DNA from: a virus | Length of the DNA: 64,000 bases | Strand: one strand, 5' to 3' | IMG/VR virus record: IMGVR_UViG_3300028775_000009 | In this document: positions 36,774 through 46,845 of the stretch, in pieces | How positions within the stretch are numbered: position 1 is the stretch's first letter | How the letters are laid out: each line of letters begins with the position of its first letter | The notes under the pieces: model-generated | What the model was told of the DNA's origin: nothing | Database searches by the model: none | Seen by the model: only the letters and a program-made list of their open reading frames with translations | Position numbers and translations under genes: made by a program

Positions 36774-37742
36774 TTAGGAGGTGATGCCGGCCAGGATGAA
36801 GCCAAGACGCGGAGCCGAGACCACGATGTCGCCGCCAAAGCAAAGCTGGCCAGCAGCATCAACCGAGTTCGGAAGCTCCTTGAAGCCGGTGAAGCCAAAT
36901 CCAAAGAGCTCCTGGTCGGAGATGTACACGTTGAGAAAGTCCGTGTTCATGCCGAAGACGTAGCCGCTCGGGACGTACTGGTCAACTACCAACCGCTCAT
37001 TGTTGAAGCGGATGGCACGGAAACCGACCGAGAAGAGGTCGCTCGAAGTGTCCATGACGCGCTGCGCGGGAACCAGCTTGTTCCAGATCGAGTTATAAAT
37101 CGACTGGGTAGTGGCCAGCAGGTTCGGGCAGCGGTTGCCGAAGGTCGCCTGACCCTGAGCCTTCTGCAGTGTGGTTAGCGGTAGAGGACCGGCAACGTTC
37201 TGGTAGAAGCCGTTGATGCCGGCGTTGGCGCCAACGCCGATAGCCGCACGCGACAACTGGCCGTAGCTCGGGTAGTTGGTGCCGTCGTCGTAACCGGCAA
37301 GCAACCCATCGAGGGCGATCTGGCTGGTGACGGTGCCCTGTCCGTCGCCATAGATGTCGGACGCAAGAGATTGAGCCAAGGCCTGTGAGCCGTTGACCAT
37401 CTTCTCTTCAACGAAGGACATGATCGCTTCCGTGCCGCGGTTCAGGACGAGTTGAGTGCCCTGAATGGTCACGTTCGCGTAGTAGTACTTGGGATTGAAC
37501 ACCATGGCGGTGTCAGTCTGCACGTAGCTGATGTCGAACGTGCCGCCGGGGGCGAATGGACCCGCCTTCAGAGGCGCGTACTGAATCGGCTGTTGAATCT
37601 GCGTCCCACCGGGGAACGTGCGAGTGGTCTCACCCTTGAAGATGAGCGCGAATACCGGCGACACCTTGTAGTATTCGTCAACAATTTCGTTGACGATATA
37701 TGCGTTGGTGACCGCGGTGATGTCGTTATACGGTAGTCCCAT
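36774..37742 (-). CDS. Major capsid protein (HK97 fold), 322 aa
   Basis: Position after the scaffold; GGTQIQQPIQYA, NPKYYYANVTI, DLLATTQSIYN-like segment and QLCFGGDIVVSAPR. Confidence 0.88.
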   Translation of the reverse strand: MGLPYNDITAVTNAYIVNEIVDEYYKVSPVFALIFKGETTRTFPGGTQIQQPIQYAPLKAGPFAPGGTFDISYVQTDTAMVFNPKYYYANVTIQGTQLVLNRGTEAIMSFVEEKMVNGSQALAQSLASDIYGDGQGTVTSQIALDGLLAGYDDGTNYPSYGQLSRAAIGVGANAGINGFYQNVAGPLPLTTLQKAQGQATFGNRCPNLLATTQSIYNSIWNKLVPAQRVMDTSSDLFSVGFRAIRFNNERLVVDQYVPSGYVFGMNTDFLNVYISDQELFGFGFTGFKELPNSVDAAGQLCFGGDIVVSAPRLGFILAGITS

Positions 37743-37763
37743 GGTAGTTCCCCCTGAAAATAA

Positions 37764-38495
37764 TTACTCGTTTACCGCAGACATCCGTGCGTCGAGCGCC
37801 TCGGCGGCCTTCTGCACGGCTGTCTTGACACCACCGTCCGCCGTCGAACCATCCCGACGCCGTGCGGTCAAAATCGAAACTGGACCCTTCGAACCACTAG
37901 GGGTAACTCCCGGCAGAGAAGCGCCAGAGTTGCGCTGCTTCAGTCCCTCGCGAATGCCCGTGTCAATAGCCTTCTGCTGCTTCACCGGAGCAATGAAAGC
38001 GTCGTAGGCTGCGCGGACACTGCCAAACTTTGTGAAGCCACCCTGTTCGGTAATGAAGGTATTCAACTTCGCGTCATCGAAGTTCTCGCCGGTAAGATCG
38101 TGGTACTCGCGATCGATCCGCTGGAGTTCGCGGCTAAGTTCGACTGAGCGCGCTACCGAGTTATTGAAGAGCTTGTCGCCTTCCGGCTTGATGGCCGCAG
38201 TAATCGCGGTGTTGATACGCTCGTCGAGATTGCCGATACGCGAATCCAGTAGTTTTGCGATGTCGTCAAGTCCAGCGGACAACCCGGTTGTGCCGACGGG
38301 CGGCTCGGTGGTGATAGTTGTGGGCGGGGTGACTACAGGAGCCCGCGCAGGCTGGCGAACAGGCACGATGTCGGTTGTGCCTTCGTAGTAGTGGGTAAGC
38401 TCTTCGCCGAACTGCACTCTCGAGCGCACCTCCGGTGTCAACTTAGCGACTACGTCCGCTCCGAGCAAGCCTTCGAGTTCATCCATGAGTGCCAT
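37764..38495 (-). CDS. Capsid scaffolding protein
   Basis: Helical, low-complexity protein directly upstream of the MCP. Confidence 0.7.
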   Translation of the reverse strand: MALMDELEGLLGADVVAKLTPEVRSRVQFGEELTHYYEGTTDIVPVRQPARAPVVTPPTTITTEPPVGTTGLSAGLDDIAKLLDSRIGNLDERINTAITAAIKPEGDKLFNNSVARSVELSRELQRIDREYHDLTGENFDDAKLNTFITEQGGFTKFGSVRAAYDAFIAPVKQQKAIDTGIREGLKQRNSGASLPGVTPSGSKGPVSILTARRRDGSTADGGVKTAVQKAAEALDARMSAVNE

Positions 38496-38527
38496 AACTT
38501 TTTACCTCTCCTCGTCAAAACTTTGGT

Positions 38528-38908
38528 TTACGTCGCAGGGACAGCCTCACCGGGCTTTGGGGTCGGTGGTGCTGGTGGTGCAGCCGCGGGATCGGTCGAA
38601 GCCGAAGGCGCGGGTGAAGCTGAATCCAAGTCTTTGGGATCTTTCTTGAGAACGTCGACCACCATCTCCTTGAGTGGAGCCAGTGCGCGGTCGATGTACG
38701 TCTGGGTTCCGTCCTTCATCTTTGGAACCTTCTTCAGCACGCTCATGACTTTCGCAACAGCCTGAAATATTTCATCTTCAGGCTTACCACCGTCAGCGCC
38801 GCCCGGCGCACCACCTGGAGCGGGTGCTGCACCCGGTGGGGGTGCTCCGCCGCCTGGCTGACCTGCCATGCCGTCGTAGAAACTCGGTGGTGTGCTCGCA
38901 GCGGCCAC
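38528..38908 (-). CDS. Pro/Gly/Ala-rich hypothetical protein
   Basis: Central helix between disordered ends; typical of the portal-scaffold interval. Confidence 0.65.
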   Translation of the reverse strand: MAAASTPPSFYDGMAGQPGGGAPPPGAAPAPGGAPGGADGGKPEDEIFQAVAKVMSVLKKVPKMKDGTQTYIDRALAPLKEMVVDVLKKDPKDLDSASPAPSASTDPAAAPPAPPTPKPGEAVPAT

Positions 38909-38910
38909 AA

Positions 38911-39081
38911 TTATCCTTTGTTCGAGGACGGGTAGCCCGTCTTCACGTTGACGCTCAGGCCGCGATCAGGAACAACCGCGTCGTTGGCGAGATGGCCAAA
39001 GGTGGTGATCGAACCCTTCTTCAGCGAAGGAGACTTTACCGGCTCACCGAAACTCTCTTTGGAAACTGGCAGATTTGCCAT
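38911..39081 (-). CDS. Small hypothetical protein (56 aa)
   Basis: MANLPVSKESFGEPVKSPSLKKG...; GAGAGG RBS; coupled to the next GTG. Not in the ORF track. Confidence 0.6.
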   Translation of the reverse strand: MANLPVSKESFGEPVKSPSLKKGSITTFGHLANDAVVPDRGLSVNVKTGYPSSNKG

Positions 39082-39171
39082 GATGCCCTCTCTTTTGATC
39101 TGAGGCCGGATTGCTCCGGCCCCTGATTGTTTTTCTCGGTGGGATTATTCCCCCGCCTGACTTGCAGCAAA

Positions 39172-39234
39172 CTACTTGCTGCGCTTCCCGCCGCGCTTGT
39201 GCTTGCGGCCACCCTTACGGCCCTTATGGCGCAT
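39172..39234 (-). CDS. Protamine-like basic peptide (20 aa)
   Basis: AAAGGAG 8 nt before ATG; MRHKGRKGGRKHKRGGKRSK. Confidence 0.6.
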   Translation of the reverse strand: MRHKGRKGGRKHKRGGKRSK

Positions 39235-39417
39235 AATGAGTACTCCTTTCGGATCGGTTTGTTATAGCGGCCTTCACCGCTGTCAGGCTTGGTCGCCCTT
39301 GCCTGATTGAGAGATTTACTGAAATGGAGAAACTTTGCAACACATGCGCAAGCAAAAAGATCGAAAAAGTTTGATTTATTTTATAGCGTTGGTTCGTGGC
39401 CCCCGATAAAATACGGT

Positions 39418-40101
39418 ATGCCCCGTAGGAAGATAGAATTACCCGCTGGTATTTGCATTTGTAGAAAACCCGAGTGTGATATTCCGTTCGGCCTTTGCCA
39501 TTGCGGCTGCGGCGAGAAAACAGGGATAGCGAAACAATCGCAATCTTGCCTAAATCACGTCATGGGAATGCCTAAACTTCGTGTTTACGGCCATGGAAAA
39601 AGGGTTCGGCGCGTCGACCCTCCTGTCAGAGCTAATTGTTCATTCCGCCTCATTCACCTTGGCGGACAGTATTTCACAATCGTCGATGCCGACGATTACG
39701 AGAAGTTCAGTAACTTCTACTACGCCCTGAGCAATGGCTACGCAATGAGGCATCTTCCCGAGGGTGGCTCAATTGGCCTGCACCGCGACGTTATGGGATC
39801 TCCCCCCGGAAAGATGGTAGACCACCGCAACGGGGACACCCTCGACAATCGCAAGGACAACCTGCGCGTCTGCACGCGGGCTCAAAACTTCCACAATCAT
39901 CGACTCAGTAAGAGAAATAAGACCGGATACACAGGTGTTTACCTAATCGAAAAGACGGGACAATGGACGGCCAGCATTGGCTTCCAGGGGAAGCTGATCT
40001 ATCTCGGAGCCTTTCGCCTGAAGCATCAAGCCATCCAGGCCCGCCGCAAAGCAGAGAAAAAGTACCACGGCGAGTACACGCCAAAAACACGTCGCCGCTG
40101 A
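39418..40101 (+). CDS. HNH endonuclease with AP2 DNA-binding domain
   Basis: CHCGCG motif, VDHRNGDTLDNRKDNLR, TGYTGV..WTASI...LIYLGAF; inserted antisense within the head operon. Confidence 0.88.
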   Translation: MPRRKIELPAGICICRKPECDIPFGLCHCGCGEKTGIAKQSQSCLNHVMGMPKLRVYGHGKRVRRVDPPVRANCSFRLIHLGGQYFTIVDADDYEKFSNFYYALSNGYAMRHLPEGGSIGLHRDVMGSPPGKMVDHRNGDTLDNRKDNLRVCTRAQNFHNHRLSKRNKTGYTGVYLIEKTGQWTASIGFQGKLIYLGAFRLKHQAIQARRKAEKKYHGEYTPKTRRR

Positions 40102-40102
40102 T

Positions 40103-41884
40103 TTATTTTTTGCCCTTATGCTGCATAGCTCCAGCCGCCCCGGCCAAAGCAATCTTCTCCGCCGCCTCTTCCTTGAGTTCTTTCTCGATGAGGTTGACGT
40201 CGACATTCTCGTCCAGAATGCGATAAAGTCCACGTCTGGACATGTCTCCCGCCTTGCGCAGACCGAACGCCACGCCGATTTTGTCTTCTTTCTCGATCGA
40301 CAAAAGGCTTCCCTTTCGAACCCCAAAACCAACCTTCGAAACGAAGTCTTCGCCCGACATCCCCTTTGGGATCGTGCTGCCGTAAATCGGCTCAAAGTCG
40401 TTTGCAACCACCGCATCGGAACCAAACTTGGCAATACGATAGCGCGTATCGGCGAACTGGAGGAAGCGCGAGATAGTCATCGTGCCGGATTCGTTGAGGA
40501 AAGTCTTCAGCGACCGTCCGGCAAAACGGATGTTGGTCGAACGGCTCGACAGGATCTTCTCGATCGAGTCGCCGCCCGGCACCTGCTTCTTCTGGAGCGC
40601 CTGATTCATCGCCGCGGCGCCCGAAGTCAAATCCTGCTCCGCCTCGATGCCCTGCTCGAACGGAAGCACGTAGTTGCCGAGCTGTGGCGGTTCGCGGAAC
40701 TTCGGTGCCTCACGCGCATTGTTGTTCCAAACAATCTTCGAGCCTGGTGCGCCGGGGTCGAGGGAGTCCCAGTTTCCCTGGCTCATCGCACCAACCGGCC
40801 CGATGATCGACGGCTCGATCGCCGCCATGATCGTGTCCATCACGCCGCCGTTGATTCGGTTGATAATGTTCTGCAGCGCGATCTGCGGCTCCAGCATCGA
40901 CAAACCGTTGAACTTCCACGGCACCCGGTAGGGTCGATACTGTACAAACGGAAATTTTCCATCCCAGTACGGGTTGCAGGTGTCTTCAAGTACCTTGCCG
41001 CCGGCAACAGTAACGACGCGCCCACGCGGAAATAGTGGCATTCCCGGCTCAACCCAGTAGCCCCAGTTGGTGTTCTCTTTGCCAACGAAAACCGACGTCG
41101 ACCCGCGCAGGATGCGGTCATCTTTGAACCAGAAGTCTTTGAGCATCACCTGTGGATACTTCGACTGGACACCTTCAGTCTTGGTCCCCAGCAGCGCCTT
41201 GAGCGGCCCCGGCATGTGGTTCCATGTACCCTTGGCGATGCGGGTCGGGCGGATCGTCATGCCCGGCATCTCAGAGTATGAACTGTCGGGCTTCACGCCG
41301 TCGGCAACCGCACCGTACTTGCGCTTGAGGTACGCGAGATTCACTACCCGGCGAGCGATGACACATTCCGCCTCTTGAAGTTTGGTCGACGCCCCGATCT
41401 GCATGAGGTTGACTGGGGATATCGGCTGAAACTCCACATCGCCCAAACCGCCGTTCAAGGATGAGTTCCACTGGATTTTTGCATACCCCGTGTGGATCAA
41501 ACCCCACATCACGACCTGAGTAAGCTCGTCCTCGAAGTTCATCGTCTCCGCCCATTCGACGATCATGTGGTTGAGGAGTTCCTGGAGCTCGGAGTAGCCG
41601 TCAAAGCGGTCGTGAATCTTCACCTGGAAGTCTGGCTGGATGTCGGTGAGCAGGCCAACTGTCTCGATAAACTGGCGGAATAGCCGGTTTTTCGTGGGGC
41701 GCGAGCGGCCAAACCGCGATTTCGCTGTCCACTGCCGACCTTCAATGTAGTCGATGCAGCGTGAGACCAGTTTGAAGTCGCTGGAACCAGTGAGATCGTC
41801 TTCGGCTTCGCCGTAGACGGAGTCGCACCAATGGACGACCTCACGCTCGAGGCTCAGCTCCGGCCGTTCATTTGGAGCACTCAT
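40103..41884 (-). CDS. Portal protein (P22-like), 593 aa
   Basis: Position after TerL; GLIHTGYAKIQW, FPFVQYRP..FNGLSMLEPQIALQNIIN. Confidence 0.85.
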   Translation of the reverse strand: MSAPNERPELSLEREVVHWCDSVYGEAEDDLTGSSDFKLVSRCIDYIEGRQWTAKSRFGRSRPTKNRLFRQFIETVGLLTDIQPDFQVKIHDRFDGYSELQELLNHMIVEWAETMNFEDELTQVVMWGLIHTGYAKIQWNSSLNGGLGDVEFQPISPVNLMQIGASTKLQEAECVIARRVVNLAYLKRKYGAVADGVKPDSSYSEMPGMTIRPTRIAKGTWNHMPGPLKALLGTKTEGVQSKYPQVMLKDFWFKDDRILRGSTSVFVGKENTNWGYWVEPGMPLFPRGRVVTVAGGKVLEDTCNPYWDGKFPFVQYRPYRVPWKFNGLSMLEPQIALQNIINRINGGVMDTIMAAIEPSIIGPVGAMSQGNWDSLDPGAPGSKIVWNNNAREAPKFREPPQLGNYVLPFEQGIEAEQDLTSGAAAMNQALQKKQVPGGDSIEKILSSRSTNIRFAGRSLKTFLNESGTMTISRFLQFADTRYRIAKFGSDAVVANDFEPIYGSTIPKGMSGEDFVSKVGFGVRKGSLLSIEKEDKIGVAFGLRKAGDMSRRGLYRILDENVDVNLIEKELKEEAAEKIALAGAAGAMQHKGKK

Positions 41885-41924
41885 ATCGCCGAGCCTAGCA
41901 CGAAGTCATGGTTGCATTCCACGA

Positions 41925-42413
41925 TTAGACAGGAGATTCTACGCCAGCTTTGGCGAACATGCCCTGCACGAGTTCGAGCGCCGCCGTCTGGGAGGCGATC
42001 TGGACTTCAAGTTCTTTGGCGTTCTTGATGGCTGCAAGCATCTGAGTGCCCGTCATCACCCCAAGAGACCGCATTTCCCGCGCCTGCATGCCGTCGACGA
42101 TAATCAGGTCGCCGTCAGTGTGCAGCCGGATAATGTTGTCAACCGTGGCATCGAGCTGGCCGGGGTGCATGTTATTGAACTTTTCGAGCGCGCTCCCGTT
42201 CACGAAGACATCGACCTTTACATCGCCGGCGTTCGCCTTGCGGATGACTTCAAGCTTTATCATTCGCGGGTTCATCGACATCACCTGGGCATAATTTCCC
42301 AACTGGTGACCGATAACGCACTTGAACATCACGTTGTCTTCCTTGACTACCTCATTGTTGGCCCCGTTCTTATCGCAGGTGGGGCACCACATAAACGCTC
42401 GCTCTCCAGCCAT
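41925..42413 (-). CDS. Hypothetical protein with N-terminal CxxC
   Basis: GAGGAG RBS; lies between TerL and portal. Confidence 0.65.
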   Translation of the reverse strand: MAGERAFMWCPTCDKNGANNEVVKEDNVMFKCVIGHQLGNYAQVMSMNPRMIKLEVIRKANAGDVKVDVFVNGSALEKFNNMHPGQLDATVDNIIRLHTDGDLIIVDGMQAREMRSLGVMTGTQMLAAIKNAKELEVQIASQTAALELVQGMFAKAGVESPV

Positions 42414-42428
42414 TGTCGTCTCCTCGTC

Positions 42429-44555
42429 TTACCAGTCGTCACTCTGATCGCTCGTTCCGCGACCAACTCCAGCCATCGCCGATTTGTACGAATTTACCAC
42501 GTCGGGAAGGATTCTCGTGGAATCCATTCCATGCCTAGAAAATAGTTCGTGCTCGGCTCCATTCCCGTCAAAGATCGGGCTGTAAAGCGTGTTCGCTTTG
42601 CACACCAGAATCGGCATCACCATCCACCCAGCCAGTCCCTTCATCGCCTTCTCGGCATCTTCCTTCTTGATGTACTGGCCGCGCTGGCGTCCTATATCGT
42701 CGTAGACCCCGTACTGGTTGATGTCGTTCTTGCTGTGCCGTGGCTGGCCCGGCGTCGCCGCAGCCTTGATGTGCTTATTCGTCTCGCGAGCGCAGTAGAG
42801 TCCAATCATCGACCCCATGACCAGGTCGTCGTTATTATCCTGGCCTTCGAACCGCATGCCTCCGTTCAACGAACTGAAGTCGATGCACTCATCGAGCAGG
42901 TCTTGGTCGTGGATAATGACCGACTCCTCAAGTAGAGCCTCGTTCAGCGTGCCGATGATCTGGTCGCGAGTCTTGATCGTCGTCAGCCAGTGGAGGTGGA
43001 CTCCCATCGTGCTCCCAACGCGATCATGATGCTGCGGCCGGTAAAGTGTGGGGTAGTCCATGTCCTTCAGCTTGTCGCCAACACTGATGCCTGGCCCCTG
43101 ATATTCGCAGGCAATCTCAGCCCCGTTGTAGTAAAACCCAAGCGCGGCTACCGCCCGAGCATAGACTCCCGGTGGTGCGTGGCCCAACCATGAAGCCGCG
43201 AGCTCGTCCGGCTCCATTCCGATACCGACGCGCCATACGGCGCACGCGCTGAAGTCGCCATCTTTGACGCCGAGCGCCGAGTCAACGCCGAGATAGTACG
43301 TTCGCCCCTGCTCGGGCTGCAGCCAGATGTGCAGTGGATCGGACGCATTCGCTCCTTTACGCTTCGACAAAACTTCGTCGTCGCCAACCTCGCGAGTGAT
43401 GATGTTCGATGTGAAGTTGTCGGCCTGCAGCGTGACGTGTCCGACCCAAAGCGGCCGGCACGAAAACTTCATCTCCTGCTCTTCGAGCTTGTCCCGATCA
43501 AACGCACACATGCCTGACGCCTGGAACGACTCGGCCGGCGTCAGCGGGTACGACTCTTTGAAGCCTGACACGCCCTGCCCGTACTTGGAGGCCTTCATGC
43601 CAGCACGGCGGAACTTCCAGAAGCCCAGAGGGATATCGAACTGCTCTTCGCGCTTGATGCGCGCCGTGAACGCCATCTCCTCTTCGGTTAGGGTGAAAAT
43701 CTTCTTCACCGGCATGTAGTACTTTTTCACTTTGTAAACCGGTATGAAGAGAGCGCGCCAGCCGGTGTCACCTTCAACCGAGCCCTGCCACCAGTCGTAC
43801 ATCAAACCATTGCGGCCGTAGCCCGTGGACTCCATCACGCGGAATCCATCGCGAGCGCTTCGGGCAGACGGGAGAATATCGGCGTGGAACACGTCGGCGG
43901 ATGGCCAACGAGAGGCCTCACTGCAATGCAGGTTTCGAATCGTGCGCCCAATGGCGACGCCCGACATCTGCTGCGCGTGCGCGGTCTGGAAGGTTGATCC
44001 CAAGCCGGGCCTGACAAGACGCTCCATTTCGTCCTTGCGTTGGAATTCGATGGCGTCGCCCTTAGTTTCGTACTGGCACTCTGGCCGCAGCCACCACGGC
44101 AGAGATTTGTAAGCGTTGACCACCATCGCGTGAATCATTGCCGACGTCTTCGGGTTCTGCGCGATCGCCATCGTGTAGCTGTGGGCAAGGAAGATGGTGC
44201 GGTGGAACATCGCCGCTGACGTCCACACGGTCAGGCCTGTCTGCCGCGGCTTCAAAACGATCAGATTGCAGAATCCGTTCTCGTCGAACTCTTCCTCGAT
44301 GGCTTCGTACACCATCTCCTGATGGTCCCACCATGGGTAGAGAGTTCGCCACTGGCCTTGCTCAGTCCGGATGCAGTAGTAGTTTTCTAGAAAGTAGCGG
44401 CGGTCAAAACACTTGTCAGTCTCAGTGTCGACGAAGTCCATCTCTTCATCGCTGAGCATACTCAACGCAGTGTTGACATCGTTGCCGGCGCGGATAAACA
44501 CCTCGTCGAGCACGTCGATGGCATCGTTGAGGGTATTATCCTTCCTGGATATCAT
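42429..44555 (-). CDS. terL: Terminase large subunit
   Basis: LIVLKPRQTGLT, LHCSEASRW, VMESTGYG, YYLGVDSALG and DDLVMG; alternative start at 44588. Confidence 0.92.
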   Translation of the reverse strand: MISRKDNTLNDAIDVLDEVFIRAGNDVNTALSMLSDEEMDFVDTETDKCFDRRYFLENYYCIRTEQGQWRTLYPWWDHQEMVYEAIEEEFDENGFCNLIVLKPRQTGLTVWTSAAMFHRTIFLAHSYTMAIAQNPKTSAMIHAMVVNAYKSLPWWLRPECQYETKGDAIEFQRKDEMERLVRPGLGSTFQTAHAQQMSGVAIGRTIRNLHCSEASRWPSADVFHADILPSARSARDGFRVMESTGYGRNGLMYDWWQGSVEGDTGWRALFIPVYKVKKYYMPVKKIFTLTEEEMAFTARIKREEQFDIPLGFWKFRRAGMKASKYGQGVSGFKESYPLTPAESFQASGMCAFDRDKLEEQEMKFSCRPLWVGHVTLQADNFTSNIITREVGDDEVLSKRKGANASDPLHIWLQPEQGRTYYLGVDSALGVKDGDFSACAVWRVGIGMEPDELAASWLGHAPPGVYARAVAALGFYYNGAEIACEYQGPGISVGDKLKDMDYPTLYRPQHHDRVGSTMGVHLHWLTTIKTRDQIIGTLNEALLEESVIIHDQDLLDECIDFSSLNGGMRFEGQDNNDDLVMGSMIGLYCARETNKHIKAAATPGQPRHSKNDINQYGVYDDIGRQRGQYIKKEDAEKAMKGLAGWMVMPILVCKANTLYSPIFDGNGAEHELFSRHGMDSTRILPDVVNSYKSAMAGVGRGTSDQSDDW

Positions 44556-45246
44556 CGTCGTCGCCCTCTTCGTCGTCTTCGATGTCAATCCCGATGTCGG
44601 ATAACTCTTCCTCCAGCGTTTGCTCCTCGATCACCTCTGCATCGACCACTTCGCCTTCGTCAATTTTTCTCTGCCGGTTACGGCGGACGCGATCTTCGAA
44701 GCTCAACCCTTGTGGGCGGCCACCCGTCGTACCAGACCCCGGATTGTTTACCTGGGTGTTGCTGGTGATAGCGATCCCGCCACCCTTGGGGCGGATCGAA
44801 TCCATCAGGTTTTTCATGGTGTCGATGGTTTTGAGTTGCGTGGTGGTGTCAGGGCGGGTGACGCGGCGGTACTTATCTTTCCCCTTCTTGTCCTTGCCGA
44901 TGTGGATATTTTCGCTGATCTTCGCTCGAAGCCCGGTCTTGAGTACCGTACCCACTTCGGTCATGCTTTTGAGGATGACCTGGTTGACGGCGAAGTCTAC
45001 CTCCTCGTTCGACACCTCGGCTCGAGCCGAATCGTAGCGGTCGAGGCTATCCTGCACTTGCACGAGCGACCCGCCGGTCTTGATGGCAATCTCGTCAGGC
45101 GAGAACCCTTTACGCTTGAGGTACGCCCTAAACTTGTCAGTCTGAGAGAGCGCCTTCGAGCCCCTCGACCTCTTCGCGGAAGTCGATGAGGTCCTGCTTG
45201 GCAGTTGGGGTTTGGTCGTAGATAGTTCCAGCGTTGTCTGGGGCAT
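44536..45246 (-). CDS. Putative terminase small subunit
   Basis: HTH-like RKGFSPDEIAIKTGGSLVQVQDSL, helical body and acidic tail; directly upstream of TerL. Confidence 0.6.
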   Translation of the reverse strand: MPQTTLELSTTKPQLPSRTSSTSAKRSRGSKALSQTDKFRAYLKRKGFSPDEIAIKTGGSLVQVQDSLDRYDSARAEVSNEEVDFAVNQVILKSMTEVGTVLKTGLRAKISENIHIGKDKKGKDKYRRVTRPDTTTQLKTIDTMKNLMDSIRPKGGGIAITSNTQVNNPGSGTTGGRPQGLSFEDRVRRNRQRKIDEGEVVDAEVIEEQTLEEELSDIGIDIEDDEEGDDDDIQEG

Positions 45247-45805
45247 ACTCTTCGGCTCCGAGTCCCGACGGCGACTCTTCCCTTTCATTATGCAACTGAA
45301 GCAGCTTACTGAGTATCGACGTGATCTTCTCGATACGGATGCAAGCGCTGATTGCACGGGCTGACGCCGTCATCAGCGCCTCGCCGTTGATCGAGTTGGT
45401 GATCGCCTTCATCTCGTCGTGGTGAGTCGTCAGGATGGCCCTGGCTTCCTTCAGGAAGGCTTCATTTGCGGCGCGCTGCTCCGCTCGGGCGCTGGTCGCG
45501 GCGTTCTTATGGTTTTCGAGTACGACGTTGATTGCCTTGATAAATTCAGCGTTGGCGGTGGCGCTCTCGTTGAGCATCTCCGTCGTTTCGTCTTTCCACG
45601 TGTACGCGGTGCCTTCGAAGTAGTCGCAGGTTGTACCCAGCTTCTCTCGGTGAACTTCGAGGATGCCGGCCAGTTTGGCGTTGTTCGCCTCGAAAACGGC
45701 TTTTGCCTTCCACATGAAAAAGCCCAAGATCACCATCCCGGCGAATACGACCACCAAGACCACACCGGCAAGCAGGGCCAACGCAACCATTCCAGCGCTT
45801 TGCAT
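45137..45805 (-). CDS. N-terminally membrane-anchored coiled-coil protein
   Basis: One TM (LALLAGVVLVVVFAGMVILGFFMW) followed by a helical region; the ATG coincides with the predicted +1. Confidence 0.6.
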   Translation of the reverse strand: MQSAGMVALALLAGVVLVVVFAGMVILGFFMWKAKAVFEANNAKLAGILEVHREKLGTTCDYFEGTAYTWKDETTEMLNESATANAEFIKAINVVLENHKNAATSARAEQRAANEAFLKEARAILTTHHDEMKAITNSINGEALMTASARAISACIRIEKITSILSKLLQLHNEREESPSGLGAEEYAPDNAGTIYDQTPTAKQDLIDFREEVEGLEGALSD

Positions 45806-45811
45806 TGGGCA

Positions 45812-45842
45812 AGCGTAAACCGATTCATGCAAGCATGCAAGC
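45812..45842 (-). promoter_or_regulatory. Late-operon promoter TTGCAT-17-TACGCT with operator
   Basis: -35 at 45840-45835, -10 at 45817-45812; operator at 45826-45837 plus an overlapping partial copy. Confidence 0.6.
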
Positions 45843-46388
45843 TGAAAGTAGAACGGCTGACGGTCTCAACCCTAGCTCGACCGTGGAAGGAGGATAGGGG
45901 AGACGCGCCAGCCGGAAAAAGGTTCGGCCGCGAACCCACATGTAGTTTCTCATGTTTTACGATTTAACTTGCATTATTTTTTTACCTCATTTACTTTCGT
46001 TTTCACGCTTGACCGTGGAAAGCCAAGCAAAAAACAATTCCCATGACCCGACCATTTGGTCATGCATATCTAGCTGTCGAGCCAAAGCGCATTGTTGCGT
46101 CAGGGTCGATCGGGGTTAAGGGTTGGGCTCTATACGCCCGGAGATGCCTCGTTAGGTACGGTTGGCTGAGGCAGAACATTCGATCAGTCGCTTAGTCAAA
46201 GTGATCCTGTATAGGCTTCATACCTCGTCGTGGCTCCTTTATGCCGAGTATGGAGAAAAGACCGGGCCTTCCTTTTTGGGGTTGGCGTCCGGTTTTTCTT
46301 CGCCCTGAGCGTTCACCATTGTCCGATTAGTTTTAGAAGCAACAACTTAAAGCAAAAGCAAATACAACTACCAGAAAGGATATATCCA

Positions 46389-46823
46389 ATGCTAATAGCA
46401 AGATTCGATGGAGGATGCTGGCCTAATCCGGGTGGACATGCATCGTGCGCATGTTTGATTACTCGCGGAGAAGAAGAGATTTTTCGGTGCAGTAAGTACC
46501 TTGGACACGGTTCCAAAATGACCAACAACGTTGCCGAGTTCGAAGGAATCAAGATGATCCTTGGATGGTATCTGGCAACAAAATCGACCGACGCGATGAC
46601 GATCGTTGGCGACTCGCAGGTTGTCATCTGGAGGATGCTAGGGAAGTACCGCAAGCCCGTGGCTGGGATTTGCGCAGAATCAGCCAACGACTGCTTGCAG
46701 ATGAAATCTTGGCTTCCCTACGGGAAAGTAAATTTCGAATGGCAACCACGGCTGAGCAACGACGAGTGCGACGCCATGTGTGACCTGGAAATTTCTGAAG
46801 CAACCCTCGCAACTCGGCAGTAA
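46389..46823 (+). CDS. rnhA: Ribonuclease HI
   Basis: FDGGCWPNPG, TNNVAEFEG, IVGDSQVV, EWQPRLSNDECDAM; the catalytic D-E-D-D set is present. Confidence 0.9.
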   Translation: MLIARFDGGCWPNPGGHASCACLITRGEEEIFRCSKYLGHGSKMTNNVAEFEGIKMILGWYLATKSTDAMTIVGDSQVVIWRMLGKYRKPVAGICAESANDCLQMKSWLPYGKVNFEWQPRLSNDECDAMCDLEISEATLATRQ

Positions 46824-46845
46824 ACTCAAACAACCGGAGGAGTAC

